Shown one piece after another: positions 53,623 to 62,880 of a stretch of DNA of 64,000 nucleotides. Within the stretch, counting starts at the first letter, position 1, and each line of letters begins with the position of its first letter. The DNA is taken from NCBI GenBank assembly GCA_964438515.1, contig CAYTLK010000003.1, positions 20,195-84,194 of the forward strand, written 5' to 3'. Source of the DNA: an uncultured Planctomycetaceae bacterium. GTDB lineage: Bacteria; Planctomycetota; Planctomycetia; Pirellulales; Thermoguttaceae. The notes beneath the pieces were generated by a model, which searched no databases, was not told the origin of the DNA, and was given only the letters and a program-made list of their open reading frames with translations. A program made the position numbers and the translations under genes.

Positions 53623-56355
53623 ATGATAATGTCGGGATGTCGAAAACTGTTTCAGCTCGGAAGCATCGCTCTTCTGGGTTCCATATTCATTTTTACTCCT
53701 CTCTGCCGTGCAGAAGAAAATAACACAATGAATTCCACACAAATTTCAGATTCAGCGCCAGCTGCACCGCAAAAAATCGTTTCTCGTCAAGCGTATCCGA
53801 ACGATATTACGGTCGCAAAACTTGAAAATGGGCTAACGATTATCGTACAGGAAAATCATACCGCGCCGGTTGCGACCGTTCGATGTTCTGTGAAAAATAC
53901 AGGAAGCATCAACGAATCGCAGTATCTCGGCGCAGGTCTGAGCCACGTTTTGGAACACGTCGTTGCGGGAGGTTCCACCACCAAACGCACGGAAGATGAA
54001 ATACGTACACTCATCGATACTTTCGGCGGGGTTTCCAACGCGTACACCTCGCTCGACGTCACGTCGTATTTTATCGACTGTCCCGTGAAAAATGTCGAAA
54101 TGTGCATCGAACTGATTTCCGACCAGATGCAGCACGCCGCTTTCGTTCCGAAAGAATTCGATCGAGAGCTTGAAGTTGTGCAGCGCGAACTTGCGGACGG
54201 TGAGGAAAGCCGGGCGCGCGTCATGTGGAAAATGATGCAGCAAACTTTTTATCAGGTGCATCCCGCTTCCGTTCCCATCATCGGATATCTCGACGTTTTA
54301 CGCCAGGTGAAACGCGAACAGATTATCGATTTTTATCGTACGAGATACATTCCCAACAACATGTGCTTTGTGGTTGCGGGGGACGTCGAGACGGAAAAAG
54401 TTCTGACGCAATTGGCGCAGGAATTTGCGGGGACGCCTCGCGGATTTGAGTCGAACGTCGTTTTGGCCCCGGAACCCGCTCAGATTGCGCCTCGTGAAGC
54501 CGAACGGGAAATGGACGGAAAGATGACCGACATTCTGCTTGCGTTTCCGACGGTTGATTTGTATCAAAAAGACCTGTTCACGCTGGATCTGCTTTCGTAC
54601 ATTTTGAGCGAAGGCGACAGTTCCCGCATGGTACGCGATATGCAGTACGACAGAAGCCTCGTCCTCAGCGTCGGAACGACCAGCAGCACACCGAGTTACG
54701 CAACCGGTTATTTTGCCGTTCGAATGTCTGTGGAGCCGAAAAACGAAAAAGCCGCCATAGATGCAGCGCTCGAACACCTGTATCGTTTGAAAACGGAACT
54801 GGTTTCCGACGAGGAACTGGAAAAAGCCAAAAAACAAAAAGCGTCCGAACTCATTTTTGACCGTCAGACGGTTCAGCAGCAGGCGGAATCGCTCACGCAG
54901 AGTTATATGTCGACCGGCTCGCCGATGTTTGATGAATTGTACGTTGAAGGACTGCAAAAAGTGACTGCACAGCAGATTCAGGACGCCGCTGTTCGTTATT
55001 TCCGTCCCGAAGTCCTCACGACCATCAAAATTGTACCGAAAGAAACGATTTCAAAACAAGAATCAAAGTCCGAAACGGAAACCGAAGAAGCGCAAAAAAC
55101 CGTTCAGGTTGTGACTCTCGAAAACGGTCTGCGGGTTCTGGTGAAGCGGGACACGCACCTTCCGATTGTGGATGTGAAAATCTGCACACTGGGCGGAAAT
55201 TTGTACGATACTACTGAAACGGCCGGACGTTCGTTATTCGTGTCCGCAATGCTTGATAAAGGAACGCCGACGCGCAGCGCCGAGGAAATCACGAACTGGT
55301 TCGACTCGGTTGGAGGATATTTCGCGTTCAGTTCGGGCCGCAACACTTTGAGCGGCGGTTTTGCGGTTCTTTCGGACGATTACAGTCAGGCGCTCGAAAT
55401 CCTTTCCGACTGCTGGAAAAACGCTTCATTTCCCGAAGAAAAATTCGAACAAGTTCGAACCATAATCCTCGGCGGAATCGCGCAGCGCTCCTCCAATCCG
55501 CAGACCGAGCTGTTCGACGAGTTGTGCAAAGCGCTTCCGGAAACGACTCCGTACCATATTCAAGGCGACGGCACCGTGGAAAGCATTACGTCGATGACGC
55601 CGGAAGCTCTTCGAGACTTCTATCGCAGTTCCATTTTGGACCCGGAAAATATGATTTTGACGATTTACGGCGACATGAATGAGGAAGAAGCGATCAATCT
55701 CGCGAAGCGTTACTTTGGAGATATTGCGAAATCCGCAAACCATCAGCCGACGAATTTCGCACGGCCCAACACGATTCCTGAAAATCTGGCGATTCACAAA
55801 GTGACGCAGAAGGAAACCGGGATGGTTCTGATTTGCTACGCGGCTCCGTCGCTCATTCTGGGCGACAAAGAACTGCCGGCTATGACCCTCCTCAACGCGG
55901 TCGTCGGCGGCTACGGCTATCCGGGCGGCTGGCTCCATGAAGAGCTGCGCGGCGAGGGACTCGTTTATTCCGTTCACTGTCTCACGCGCAGCGGCATCGT
56001 TCCGGGATACATGTTTTTCATTGCACAGACGTCGCCCGACAAAGTGGATGAAGTGACGGCCCGACTTTTCAAAAACATCGCCAAAGCGCGTGACGGTCAG
56101 ATTACGCAGGAAGAGTTCGACATTGCGAAGCAGAAACTCATTGCGATTCATGCGCAGGAAAACACGACGATCGGCGAACAAGCGTCTCAGCAGGCGACGA
56201 ACGTGCTGTACGATTTGGGGATTGATTACGACAAGACGTACGAAGAACGCATCGGGCGAGTGACTCTGGAAGACGTCCAGGCGGCCGCAAAGAAGTATCT
56301 CGGAGGAAACTGCATTCAGGTGACGACTTCCAACCTGGAGAAACCTACGAAATAA
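53623..56355 (+). CDS. M16-family (pitrilysin/insulinase-type) zinc peptidase, double-length
   Basis: Signal peptide. It has the inverted zinc motif HVLEH in GLSHVLEHVVAGGS and a downstream Glu region. The second half repeats the M16 fold without the motif. An alternative ATG is at 53629. Confidence 0.85.
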   Translation: MIMSGCRKLFQLGSIALLGSIFIFTPLCRAEENNTMNSTQISDSAPAAPQKIVSRQAYPNDITVAKLENGLTIIVQENHTAPVATVRCSVKNTGSINESQYLGAGLSHVLEHVVAGGSTTKRTEDEIRTLIDTFGGVSNAYTSLDVTSYFIDCPVKNVEMCIELISDQMQHAAFVPKEFDRELEVVQRELADGEESRARVMWKMMQQTFYQVHPASVPIIGYLDVLRQVKREQIIDFYRTRYIPNNMCFVVAGDVETEKVLTQLAQEFAGTPRGFESNVVLAPEPAQIAPREAEREMDGKMTDILLAFPTVDLYQKDLFTLDLLSYILSEGDSSRMVRDMQYDRSLVLSVGTTSSTPSYATGYFAVRMSVEPKNEKAAIDAALEHLYRLKTELVSDEELEKAKKQKASELIFDRQTVQQQAESLTQSYMSTGSPMFDELYVEGLQKVTAQQIQDAAVRYFRPEVLTTIKIVPKETISKQESKSETETEEAQKTVQVVTLENGLRVLVKRDTHLPIVDVKICTLGGNLYDTTETAGRSLFVSAMLDKGTPTRSAEEITNWFDSVGGYFAFSSGRNTLSGGFAVLSDDYSQALEILSDCWKNASFPEEKFEQVRTIILGGIAQRSSNPQTELFDELCKALPETTPYHIQGDGTVESITSMTPEALRDFYRSSILDPENMILTIYGDMNEEEAINLAKRYFGDIAKSANHQPTNFARPNTIPENLAIHKVTQKETGMVLICYAAPSLILGDKELPAMTLLNAVVGGYGYPGGWLHEELRGEGLVYSVHCLTRSGIVPGYMFFIAQTSPDKVDEVTARLFKNIAKARDGQITQEEFDIAKQKLIAIHAQENTTIGEQASQQATNVLYDLGIDYDKTYEERIGRVTLEDVQAAAKKYLGGNCIQVTTSNLEKPTK

Positions 56356-56408
56356 GTACAGAAATAATCTTTTAGGAACTTTTAGATTTTTCAAAAATTT
56401 CAGGATTT

Positions 56409-56450
56409 TCGGATTTCCTCTGGCACATTCAGAGGGAATCCGATTTTTTT
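56409..56450 (+). terminator. rho-independent terminator after the M16 peptidase gene
   Basis: tcggatttcctctg (56409-56422) / cagagggaatccga (56430-56443), followed by TTTTTTT (56444-56450). Confidence 0.75.
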
Positions 56451-57027
56451 ATGGGTTCCGTTTCGCCTCTCTTGCGGATTCAACTCTGTTCATTTTCTTC
56501 ATTTTTGTTAATTATGGGGTAAAAAAGACTTTCAGACTTTTAAAACAGTAATACAAAAAGAAAAAGTGGAAAAAATTAAAGTTTGCCGCCGAAAAACACG
56601 AAAATGTAAATACAGTTGGTAAAAGAAGTTAAATTCACATTATCAGCTTAATCCAAACGGTTGTTACAACTGCAACAGCAGTCGCAATCGGTGCGGGTCG
56701 TTTGTCCCGCTGGAACTTAATAGGTGTATCACAGAAAGTCCGAAAACACAAATTTTAACACAAATTTGAAAAATTCAGATTTTCCCTTAACCTAAACGGT
56801 TTCTATGCCGATGTTAAAACAAGCATAGGTGTTAAACCTGTAAAAGCTAAAAAGATTTGAAGCAGTTACAGTTCAGACCCTCAACCCAAACTGTATTTCA
56901 GTAACCTTGGAGTTTTTTGCCTCTCCATGGAAAATTGAATGTCAGGGGGGATCTGAGTCCTGGAAAGCCCAAGGGGGGCGATTCGGGTAATTGAGTCGAG
57001 GCGAGTTGTAAAATCGGAGAGCCTACC

Positions 57028-57600
57028 ATGAAGGTCTTCACAACTGGTCAGGTTGCCAAAATTTGTAAGGTGGCCCCGCGTACCGTTAGCAAGTGGTTTG
57101 ATTCAGGCCGACTTAAAGGGTATCGTATTCCAGGATCACAAGATCGTCGTATTCCGCGTGAATACCTGATCAAGTTCCTTAAAGAACACGGAATGCCCAC
57201 GACGGAACTAGAGGACGAAGCCGTTGCCAAAGTTTTGGTAGTCGCACAGGACCAAGTTCTTATCGAGAATCTTCGGCGTGAACTTCCTATTGAACGTCAG
57301 TTCAAGGTTGAAGTCGCCGCAAGCGGTTTTGATGCGGGCATCCAGGCGGAAAGTTTCCATCCTGACTGCATTATTGTCGATTTTTCGATCGGCAGAACAG
57401 AAGCGTTGCAGATTTGTCAAAATCTGCGCCGCAACGACGAATTCACTGACATTATTCTTATTGCTCTCCTGCCGGACGATGGCAGCGCAAACAATTTCGA
57501 TCGTTCCACCATCAATGAAACGTTCCGAAAACCGTTTGATGCTTCCTTGCTGGCCGAGCGTTTGAAAACCTTGGTTGGTGTCAGAAAAGAGTTGGTCTGA
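57028..57600 (+). CDS. DNA-binding regulator: N-terminal excisionase/MerR-type HTH plus C-terminal (degenerate) receiver domain
   Basis: FTTGQVAKICKVAPRTVSKWFDSGRLKGYRIPGSQDRRIPREYLIKFL is an HTH_17/excisionase-like pattern. The C-terminal (beta-alpha)5 receiver pattern is KVLVVAQDQ...DCIIVDFSIG...IILIALL...FRKPF. Confidence 0.7.
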   Translation: MKVFTTGQVAKICKVAPRTVSKWFDSGRLKGYRIPGSQDRRIPREYLIKFLKEHGMPTTELEDEAVAKVLVVAQDQVLIENLRRELPIERQFKVEVAASGFDAGIQAESFHPDCIIVDFSIGRTEALQICQNLRRNDEFTDIILIALLPDDGSANNFDRSTINETFRKPFDASLLAERLKTLVGVRKELV

Positions 57601-57680
57601 TCCGCTCGAAACAAACACATCAAAGGGATATAAGAGATTGAAGCAATTCTTTCTCTTATAACCATGATGGTTTTAAACCT

Positions 57681-57710
57681 AAAAGTCGGCTTGTCCGACT
57701 TTTTCTTTTT
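57681..57710 (+). terminator. rho-independent terminator after the HTH-receiver gene
   Basis: aaaagtcgg (57681-57689) / ccgactttt (57695-57703), running into tttttcttttt. Confidence 0.7.
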
Positions 57711-57925
57711 CTTGACACAATTCACTACAAAAGACACTTTTAGTATAAACCGAATAATCCAACCAAACCGAACTATTTCCGCAAAAAGACGGGAACTTTC
57801 CTGCTCGAATTGAATAATCCTTGCAGAAAAGACGTTCGAATAACGATAATTCCTATAAGATGTATTATCCTTATGTCCCTTTTTGAGATAATCAGGGGTT
57901 TTTTTGAAAAAAAGCTGTTTAGAAC

Positions 57926-57953
57926 TTGATTATTTCAAAAAATGACATATACT
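57926..57953 (+). promoter_or_regulatory. sigma70-like promoter candidate for the coiled-coil module
   Basis: TTGATT (57926-57931), 16-nt spacer, TATACT (57948-57953); about 125 nt upstream of the ATG at 58080. Confidence 0.35.
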
Positions 57954-58079
57954 ATAAGTAGTGATTCCGCGAAAACGGAAGTCTAGGACCTTCGAATGCA
58001 TCCGGTCCCATTCGTAACACAGCTCCGCATTTCCTCTGTCCGGTCCGGGCAGGATTGACATATATTGGAGAACGGCTCA

Positions 58080-58634
58080 ATGAAGAACCTGTTTGGCAAG
58101 ACGTTAGTCGTGTTGATTTTTACCTTTAGCCTCGCGCTGCTTTCCATGTCGGGAATCGTCTACATGACGCACACAGACTGGCGTGCCCGTGCGGAAGCGC
58201 TGGAAAAAGACGTTCAGGCGGCAAGCAAAAAGATTGAAGGCGACGGAACCCAGGTCGGTTACAGAGCACAAAACATCCAGCTCAAGCACGCTGTCGAAGA
58301 CGAAGAAGCCCTGCGTCTCCAAGTCGTCGGCGCTCTTGAATCAGAGGTCAAAAATCGACAGGCGGAATACGACGGCTATCAGGAACTGGTTCAGAAACAG
58401 GACAAAGAACTGCGTACGCATGTGAACGAAATGACGCGCTACACTCTGGCGCTGCTGAAACTCCGTGTGACTGCGGACGACACGCTGATTCGTATGCAGA
58501 ACGAAAGAAACGAAAGAATCCGTTCCGTACATGAATATGTTCGAAACATGAATCAAATCGAAGATTTGTCGCAGCAAATTCAAACACTCGAAAAACGTGC
58601 GCGAGGCCTGACGCTAAGCCGTACCAAACAGTAA
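58080..58634 (+). CDS. N-terminally membrane-anchored coiled-coil protein (paralog 1)
   Basis: The ATG at 58080 has GGAG 9 nt upstream. MKNLFGKTLVVLIFTFSLALLSMSGIVYMTHTDW is a single TM segment. The remainder is heptad-like and E/K/Q/R-rich. Confidence 0.55.
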   Translation: MKNLFGKTLVVLIFTFSLALLSMSGIVYMTHTDWRARAEALEKDVQAASKKIEGDGTQVGYRAQNIQLKHAVEDEEALRLQVVGALESEVKNRQAEYDGYQELVQKQDKELRTHVNEMTRYTLALLKLRVTADDTLIRMQNERNERIRSVHEYVRNMNQIEDLSQQIQTLEKRARGLTLSRTKQ

Positions 58635-58719
58635 TCGTTCCCGCGTTTTCCCAAATATCGAACTTTCGCCAATCGGCGCTTTCGGGCGCATAAAGATTTA
58701 AAGTATAAAAAGGACTCCC

Positions 58720-59586
58720 ATGAATCTGGTTGGAAAAATTTTTGTCGTACTCATATTCGTTTTGAGTCTGGTTTTGATGACACTTACGGTGGCCGTCTAT
58801 ATGACTCAAAATAACTGGCGTATTATGGTTGATAATACGGACACGAGTAAAGGGTATCCCAAAGGTCTGCGCCAGCAGAACGAAGATCTTCAAAAAGAAA
58901 ATCAGGAACTTCGAAACGCCTATGCGGTCTTGGTCGGCAACTACGAGGTTGCTTTCCAGAAAAGTACGAACGCACAGTCGGAAGTACTGGTCGTCAGAGA
59001 CACTCAAAATACGCAGGTCTCCACATTGAAGGAAACCATCGAAACCACCTACGCCGACACGAACACGCGTCTGGATGCAACCCATCAGGCTCTCGTAACC
59101 ATCGTGAGCGGCCACTCGCTCCTGAGGGACGCCGTTAAGGGCCTTCAGCGCGAAATTACCGACATCTCCGACAAACTGGCGGATAAAACGGACTATATGA
59201 ACCAGATTACGCAGCTGGAACGCCGCAACAAAGAACTGGAAGCCCGAAATAACGACCTGAAAAACGAAAACGTCCTGGCAAACGAAGTTCTTACGTATAA
59301 TAATATGATGAACAATCTCGATTATTATCGTACGCAGTCCGCACCAGTCGGTCTTCAGGGCCGCGTCCTCGATCAAGCCGGTCGGAAAATCGTCGTGAAC
59401 GTCGGAAGCGACGACGGAGTGCGAATCGGTCATAAATTCAAACTCCTCTCGAAAGATGGAAGTACGTATCTCTGCGATGTCGAAGTGGAACAAGTGACGC
59501 CCGACACTGCAACCTGCGTATTTTCCAATCTGCGGAGTGAACAGAGTATTAATGTAATTCCGGGCTGTGTTGTAAAACCTTTGTAA
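58720..59586 (+). CDS. N-terminally membrane-anchored coiled-coil protein (paralog 2) with small C-terminal beta-rich domain
   Basis: MNLVGKIFVVLIFVLSLVLMTLTVAVYMTQNNW is homologous to the N-terminus of the preceding gene. A long coiled coil follows. The C-terminus is GRVLDQAGRKIVVNVGSDDGVRIGHKFKLL...VEVEQVTPDTATCVF. Confidence 0.55.
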   Translation: MNLVGKIFVVLIFVLSLVLMTLTVAVYMTQNNWRIMVDNTDTSKGYPKGLRQQNEDLQKENQELRNAYAVLVGNYEVAFQKSTNAQSEVLVVRDTQNTQVSTLKETIETTYADTNTRLDATHQALVTIVSGHSLLRDAVKGLQREITDISDKLADKTDYMNQITQLERRNKELEARNNDLKNENVLANEVLTYNNMMNNLDYYRTQSAPVGLQGRVLDQAGRKIVVNVGSDDGVRIGHKFKLLSKDGSTYLCDVEVEQVTPDTATCVFSNLRSEQSINVIPGCVVKPL

Positions 59587-59599
59587 GCGGGGGGAAACT

Positions 59600-60028
59600 A
59601 TGAGCAACGAAAATGATGACCTCCTTCCGGATGACGACATGATGAACATGGAGCCGATCGACGACGGCAACGACTCGGACGACCCTTTTGCACAGCCTGC
59701 AGAAGAAAGTCTCGAAGGGGCGGAATCTTCCGATGAATCTGCGCAGACGGACGAGAACGCCGTTGCGGATGGTGAGGAAGCGCCGGAAGAAAGTTCCGAA
59801 GAACCTGAATTTCAGGGAAATGAGGGAGACGCAGAAGACGTTGAGGAAACGAAAGAAATCGTTTATCGTCCTCCTCATATGGATTTGTACACGGTTTTGC
59901 TCGTTTTGGCGCTCATTTTTGTGAGTTTGGCGGCCACGCTGCACTATCTGGAAGTTCCCGCTTCGGAATACGGAAACGTTCCCTTCAAAAAAGGAAGTCC
60001 GCGCGTTACCGCACCGGCAAACCCATAG
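59600..60028 (+). CDS. acidic intrinsically-disordered protein with C-terminal transmembrane segment (tail-anchored)
   Basis: The ATG is 13 nt after the previous stop and is preceded by GGGGGG. About 90 aa are D/E-rich, followed by LYTVLLVLALIFVSLAATLHYL. Confidence 0.45.
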   Translation: MSNENDDLLPDDDMMNMEPIDDGNDSDDPFAQPAEESLEGAESSDESAQTDENAVADGEEAPEESSEEPEFQGNEGDAEDVEETKEIVYRPPHMDLYTVLLVLALIFVSLAATLHYLEVPASEYGNVPFKKGSPRVTAPANP

Positions 60029-60063
60029 TTCTTACAGAAATTTGAAACCGAAAAAAACAGCGG

Positions 60064-60100
60064 CTTGTGAAATGTCCTCGTTCACAAGTCGTTGTTTTTT
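60064..60100. terminator. terminator hairpin between convergent genes
   Basis: cttgtgaa (60064-60071) / ttcacaag (60081-60088), followed by gttgtttttt. Confidence 0.6.
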
Positions 60101-60126
60101 ATTCTTTGGGAGACTTTCCGAACGTT

Positions 60127-62880
60127 TTACCGCCTCACCCCTTCGAGTTTCCGCTGATATTGCGCCTTTTCATATTCGTCGCCCGTAAATTCCATGAGTT
60201 CAATCATATTTTTGTACGGAATTTCTAACTGAAATTTGTCTTCCGGGTGCGCGTCCGCATGATGTTCCAAACAGAAAATCCCCGTCTTCAATAATGTAAT
60301 CGCCCGTTTCGTGTTTCCGATCTCCGCATACGAAACGCTCATTCCGTTGACGATGACTCCCAACTGCAGTAGATCACGAAGCTGCTTGCTTTTAATCACC
60401 GTCATCAAATGCGGAATAGATTTTTCGTACCATTTTACCGCCTCTTTATGGGCTTCGAGCGATGCGTTCGCGTCCGATTTTTCGCTTTCCTGTTCCGCTT
60501 GCAGCGCATAAATCTGACCAAAATGGTAGTAAAGCTGCGCAAGAAGGAAGGTTTCATCTGAAGAAACGTCTTTCTTTTTCGTTTGAACAAGTTCCATCAT
60601 GGAAATCGCCCGCTGCAAAAAACGGTTTGCAGCGTCAAATTTCCCCGAAAGCATACAAAGACTCGCCGCATCGTCCAAAACGGAAGCGGATTTTGTGCAT
60701 ATTTCATAATATCGTGCGGCACTTTTCACCGTTTTGAGCATTTCCATTGAGGCGCTTAAAAAAGAATCCGCATATGGAACGATTTTCTCCTGATTTTTCA
60801 GCGTAATTTCAATAGCCGTAACTCGGTACAATATTCGATATTTCAAAATCGTACAGGTATCCGCCCCCCCGGCGTCTTCTTTTGTTGCTTCCGTCAGCTC
60901 GGTCATTACTTTTTGGAGCCATTTTTCCGTATTTTCTTCTTTTTTATCCCACGGTCCCGACGCGATGTCGGCCGCGATTCCCAGCCAGGCGTCCATTCTC
61001 AGCTCTTTTACACGCTGTTTTTCGCCGACTATCAAAGAATATTTACGGCCGCCGATAAATTTTCCTGCTTCCAAAAGCGCGTCCGCCTGCTGCGCCGCAC
61101 GACGGTGGCACTGAAACGCGTGAGCCGCATCCGGAGTCGGAAGAATCATCTGAATATCCCCCTCTACGATATTTGCACGAAATGCAATCATCGGATTATC
61201 GAGAAATTTCTTCCGAACTTCTTCGAGGAGTTCCGACGCCTGTTCGAAATTCCCGCGACGTGCGAGATATTCAATCTTTTCGAATAAATCGTCCTGAAAC
61301 GAAAGCTCCAACGGCAAACTTTCCTCATTTTGTCCCTCTGATTCCTCTTTAACGTCCGGATTCACAGGTTCCTGCAGCGTTTCCATTTCATCTTCCAACG
61401 ATTCTGGAATCTCCAGCGCCGGCTCGCGCTCAACCGATTCCGCAGTCGGTTCCGTTTCATCGAGTTCCTCGGAACTCAACGACGGCGGCAAAACGTTCGA
61501 ACCTTCTTCAACGTCAGAATCGATTTTCGTCCCAGTTTCTGACGTACGCTGCATCTCAGCCGCAAGATCCGCCACACCATCCTCCGCAGCCGTTTCTGTA
61601 TCCGTCCCGCTTTCCGGTTCCGCAACCGGTTCCGCAGCCGATTCCGCAGCCGGTTCCACAGCCGATTCCGACTCTTTTTCCTCTGTTTTTTCCTCTACAT
61701 TTTCAGGAAGTTCCTCCGACGAAGCACCCGCGTCCGAAGACGAAGACGGTGAATCATCCGCAAAAGAATCAATCATCGGAGCGTCCAAATGCGTCACATC
61801 CGTTTCGTCGTCCTCTGATTTCGGCTCCATTTCCGGCGCTGCGTCTTGCATACTCGATACATTTTCTTCATTTTGTGCAATTTCTTCAGATTCTTCCGAC
61901 ACAGACTCCCCAGACGTCCCAGATTCTCCACTTTTTCCCTTCACGAGTTCTGGAACGGCTTCCTCCAGCACTTTTTTATACGCCAAAGCCTGTTCATTTT
62001 TGGGGTCGAGTTTCAAAGCCTGCAAAATGTCCGCATGCGAGCGAGCCGGATCGACATCGACCCACGTTTCCGCACGCTGCAAAAAGGGTTCAGGACCCAC
62101 AGGCTGAAAAATAATTTGAACCACATTCATCGGAATGGCTTCCGGATTTTTCTCGAAATCCGACGCGTTTCCCAATTTGTCCTTGGGGTCGTACGCGAAC
62201 GCCACTCCGATTTCCGGAAAAATCTCCCCGTGAATCGTACCCTTTTCATCCGTCAAAAAAACGGACTGAATATGTGCAATTTCGAGCTGCGTTGCGAGTT
62301 CCCGAGCGTTGAGGCTCTTCTGAAGCTCCGCAATCACCGCAAAAACCGTCTTTTTCATAATATGAAAAGCGACTCCGTTGAACCCTTCCAACGAATATTC
62401 TTCAACATCAATTCCCTCGCCGCCCGCATTTTTTTGCACGTTTGCTGGCTTTCCGAAGGCCTTGTGCAATTCCTCAATTGAAGTTTTTCCCGGAATAATT
62501 CCATTGAATGCTGCTGTTTCTACCGGAATCACCATCTCCGCCGCCGCTGCAGGGGATTCCGATGAAGCGCCGTTAGATGAAGATGCAGGAACTGAAGCTG
62601 AAAGGGCTGGTGAATCTGCGGAAGTTGAAGAATCTGTGGGTTTTGAGGCGGCGGGGCGAGTTGAGGGCGCTGCGGAAGTTTCTTCGGCGCCCGCGATACG
62701 AATTGGCGGGAGTTTTTCCTCACTTTGCGCCTGAGCGCGTACCGCAAACAAAAAAATGACGGAAAAAAGGACCAAAACAAGAAAAATACCGCCCCACGTC
62801 CAAGCGTCGTTTTCGCTGGAGGACTCCATTTCAAACTGACTGTATTTTCGATTAAGACTCATTTTACACACCATTTCCAT
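60127..62880 (-). CDS. membrane-anchored hypothetical protein with acidic low-complexity centre and TPR-like helical-repeat C-terminal region
   Basis: TM segment WGGIFLVLVLFSVIFLFAV. The central region is E/S/A/P-rich (AAESAAEPVAEPESGTDTE). The C-terminal ~380 aa have paired-helix repeats (AQLYYHFGQIYALQAE..., KAVKWYEKSIP...). The start is ambiguous (62880, 62874 or 62862). Confidence 0.5.
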   Translation of the reverse strand: MEMVCKMSLNRKYSQFEMESSSENDAWTWGGIFLVLVLFSVIFLFAVRAQAQSEEKLPPIRIAGAEETSAAPSTRPAASKPTDSSTSADSPALSASVPASSSNGASSESPAAAAEMVIPVETAAFNGIIPGKTSIEELHKAFGKPANVQKNAGGEGIDVEEYSLEGFNGVAFHIMKKTVFAVIAELQKSLNARELATQLEIAHIQSVFLTDEKGTIHGEIFPEIGVAFAYDPKDKLGNASDFEKNPEAIPMNVVQIIFQPVGPEPFLQRAETWVDVDPARSHADILQALKLDPKNEQALAYKKVLEEAVPELVKGKSGESGTSGESVSEESEEIAQNEENVSSMQDAAPEMEPKSEDDETDVTHLDAPMIDSFADDSPSSSSDAGASSEELPENVEEKTEEKESESAVEPAAESAAEPVAEPESGTDTETAAEDGVADLAAEMQRTSETGTKIDSDVEEGSNVLPPSLSSEELDETEPTAESVEREPALEIPESLEDEMETLQEPVNPDVKEESEGQNEESLPLELSFQDDLFEKIEYLARRGNFEQASELLEEVRKKFLDNPMIAFRANIVEGDIQMILPTPDAAHAFQCHRRAAQQADALLEAGKFIGGRKYSLIVGEKQRVKELRMDAWLGIAADIASGPWDKKEENTEKWLQKVMTELTEATKEDAGGADTCTILKYRILYRVTAIEITLKNQEKIVPYADSFLSASMEMLKTVKSAARYYEICTKSASVLDDAASLCMLSGKFDAANRFLQRAISMMELVQTKKKDVSSDETFLLAQLYYHFGQIYALQAEQESEKSDANASLEAHKEAVKWYEKSIPHLMTVIKSKQLRDLLQLGVIVNGMSVSYAEIGNTKRAITLLKTGIFCLEHHADAHPEDKFQLEIPYKNMIELMEFTGDEYEKAQYQRKLEGVRR

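Noticed and set aside
58348-59670. A 440-aa minus-strand ORF spanning both coiled-coil genes.
   Set aside because: The translation is Cys/Phe/Arg/His-rich and lacks domain-like patterns. It crosses the intergenic gap of the plus-strand genes. The plus-strand genes have clean TM anchors, heptad character, ATG starts and Shine-Dalgarno-like boxes. It is a typical shadow ORF opposite E/K/Q/L-rich coding sequence.
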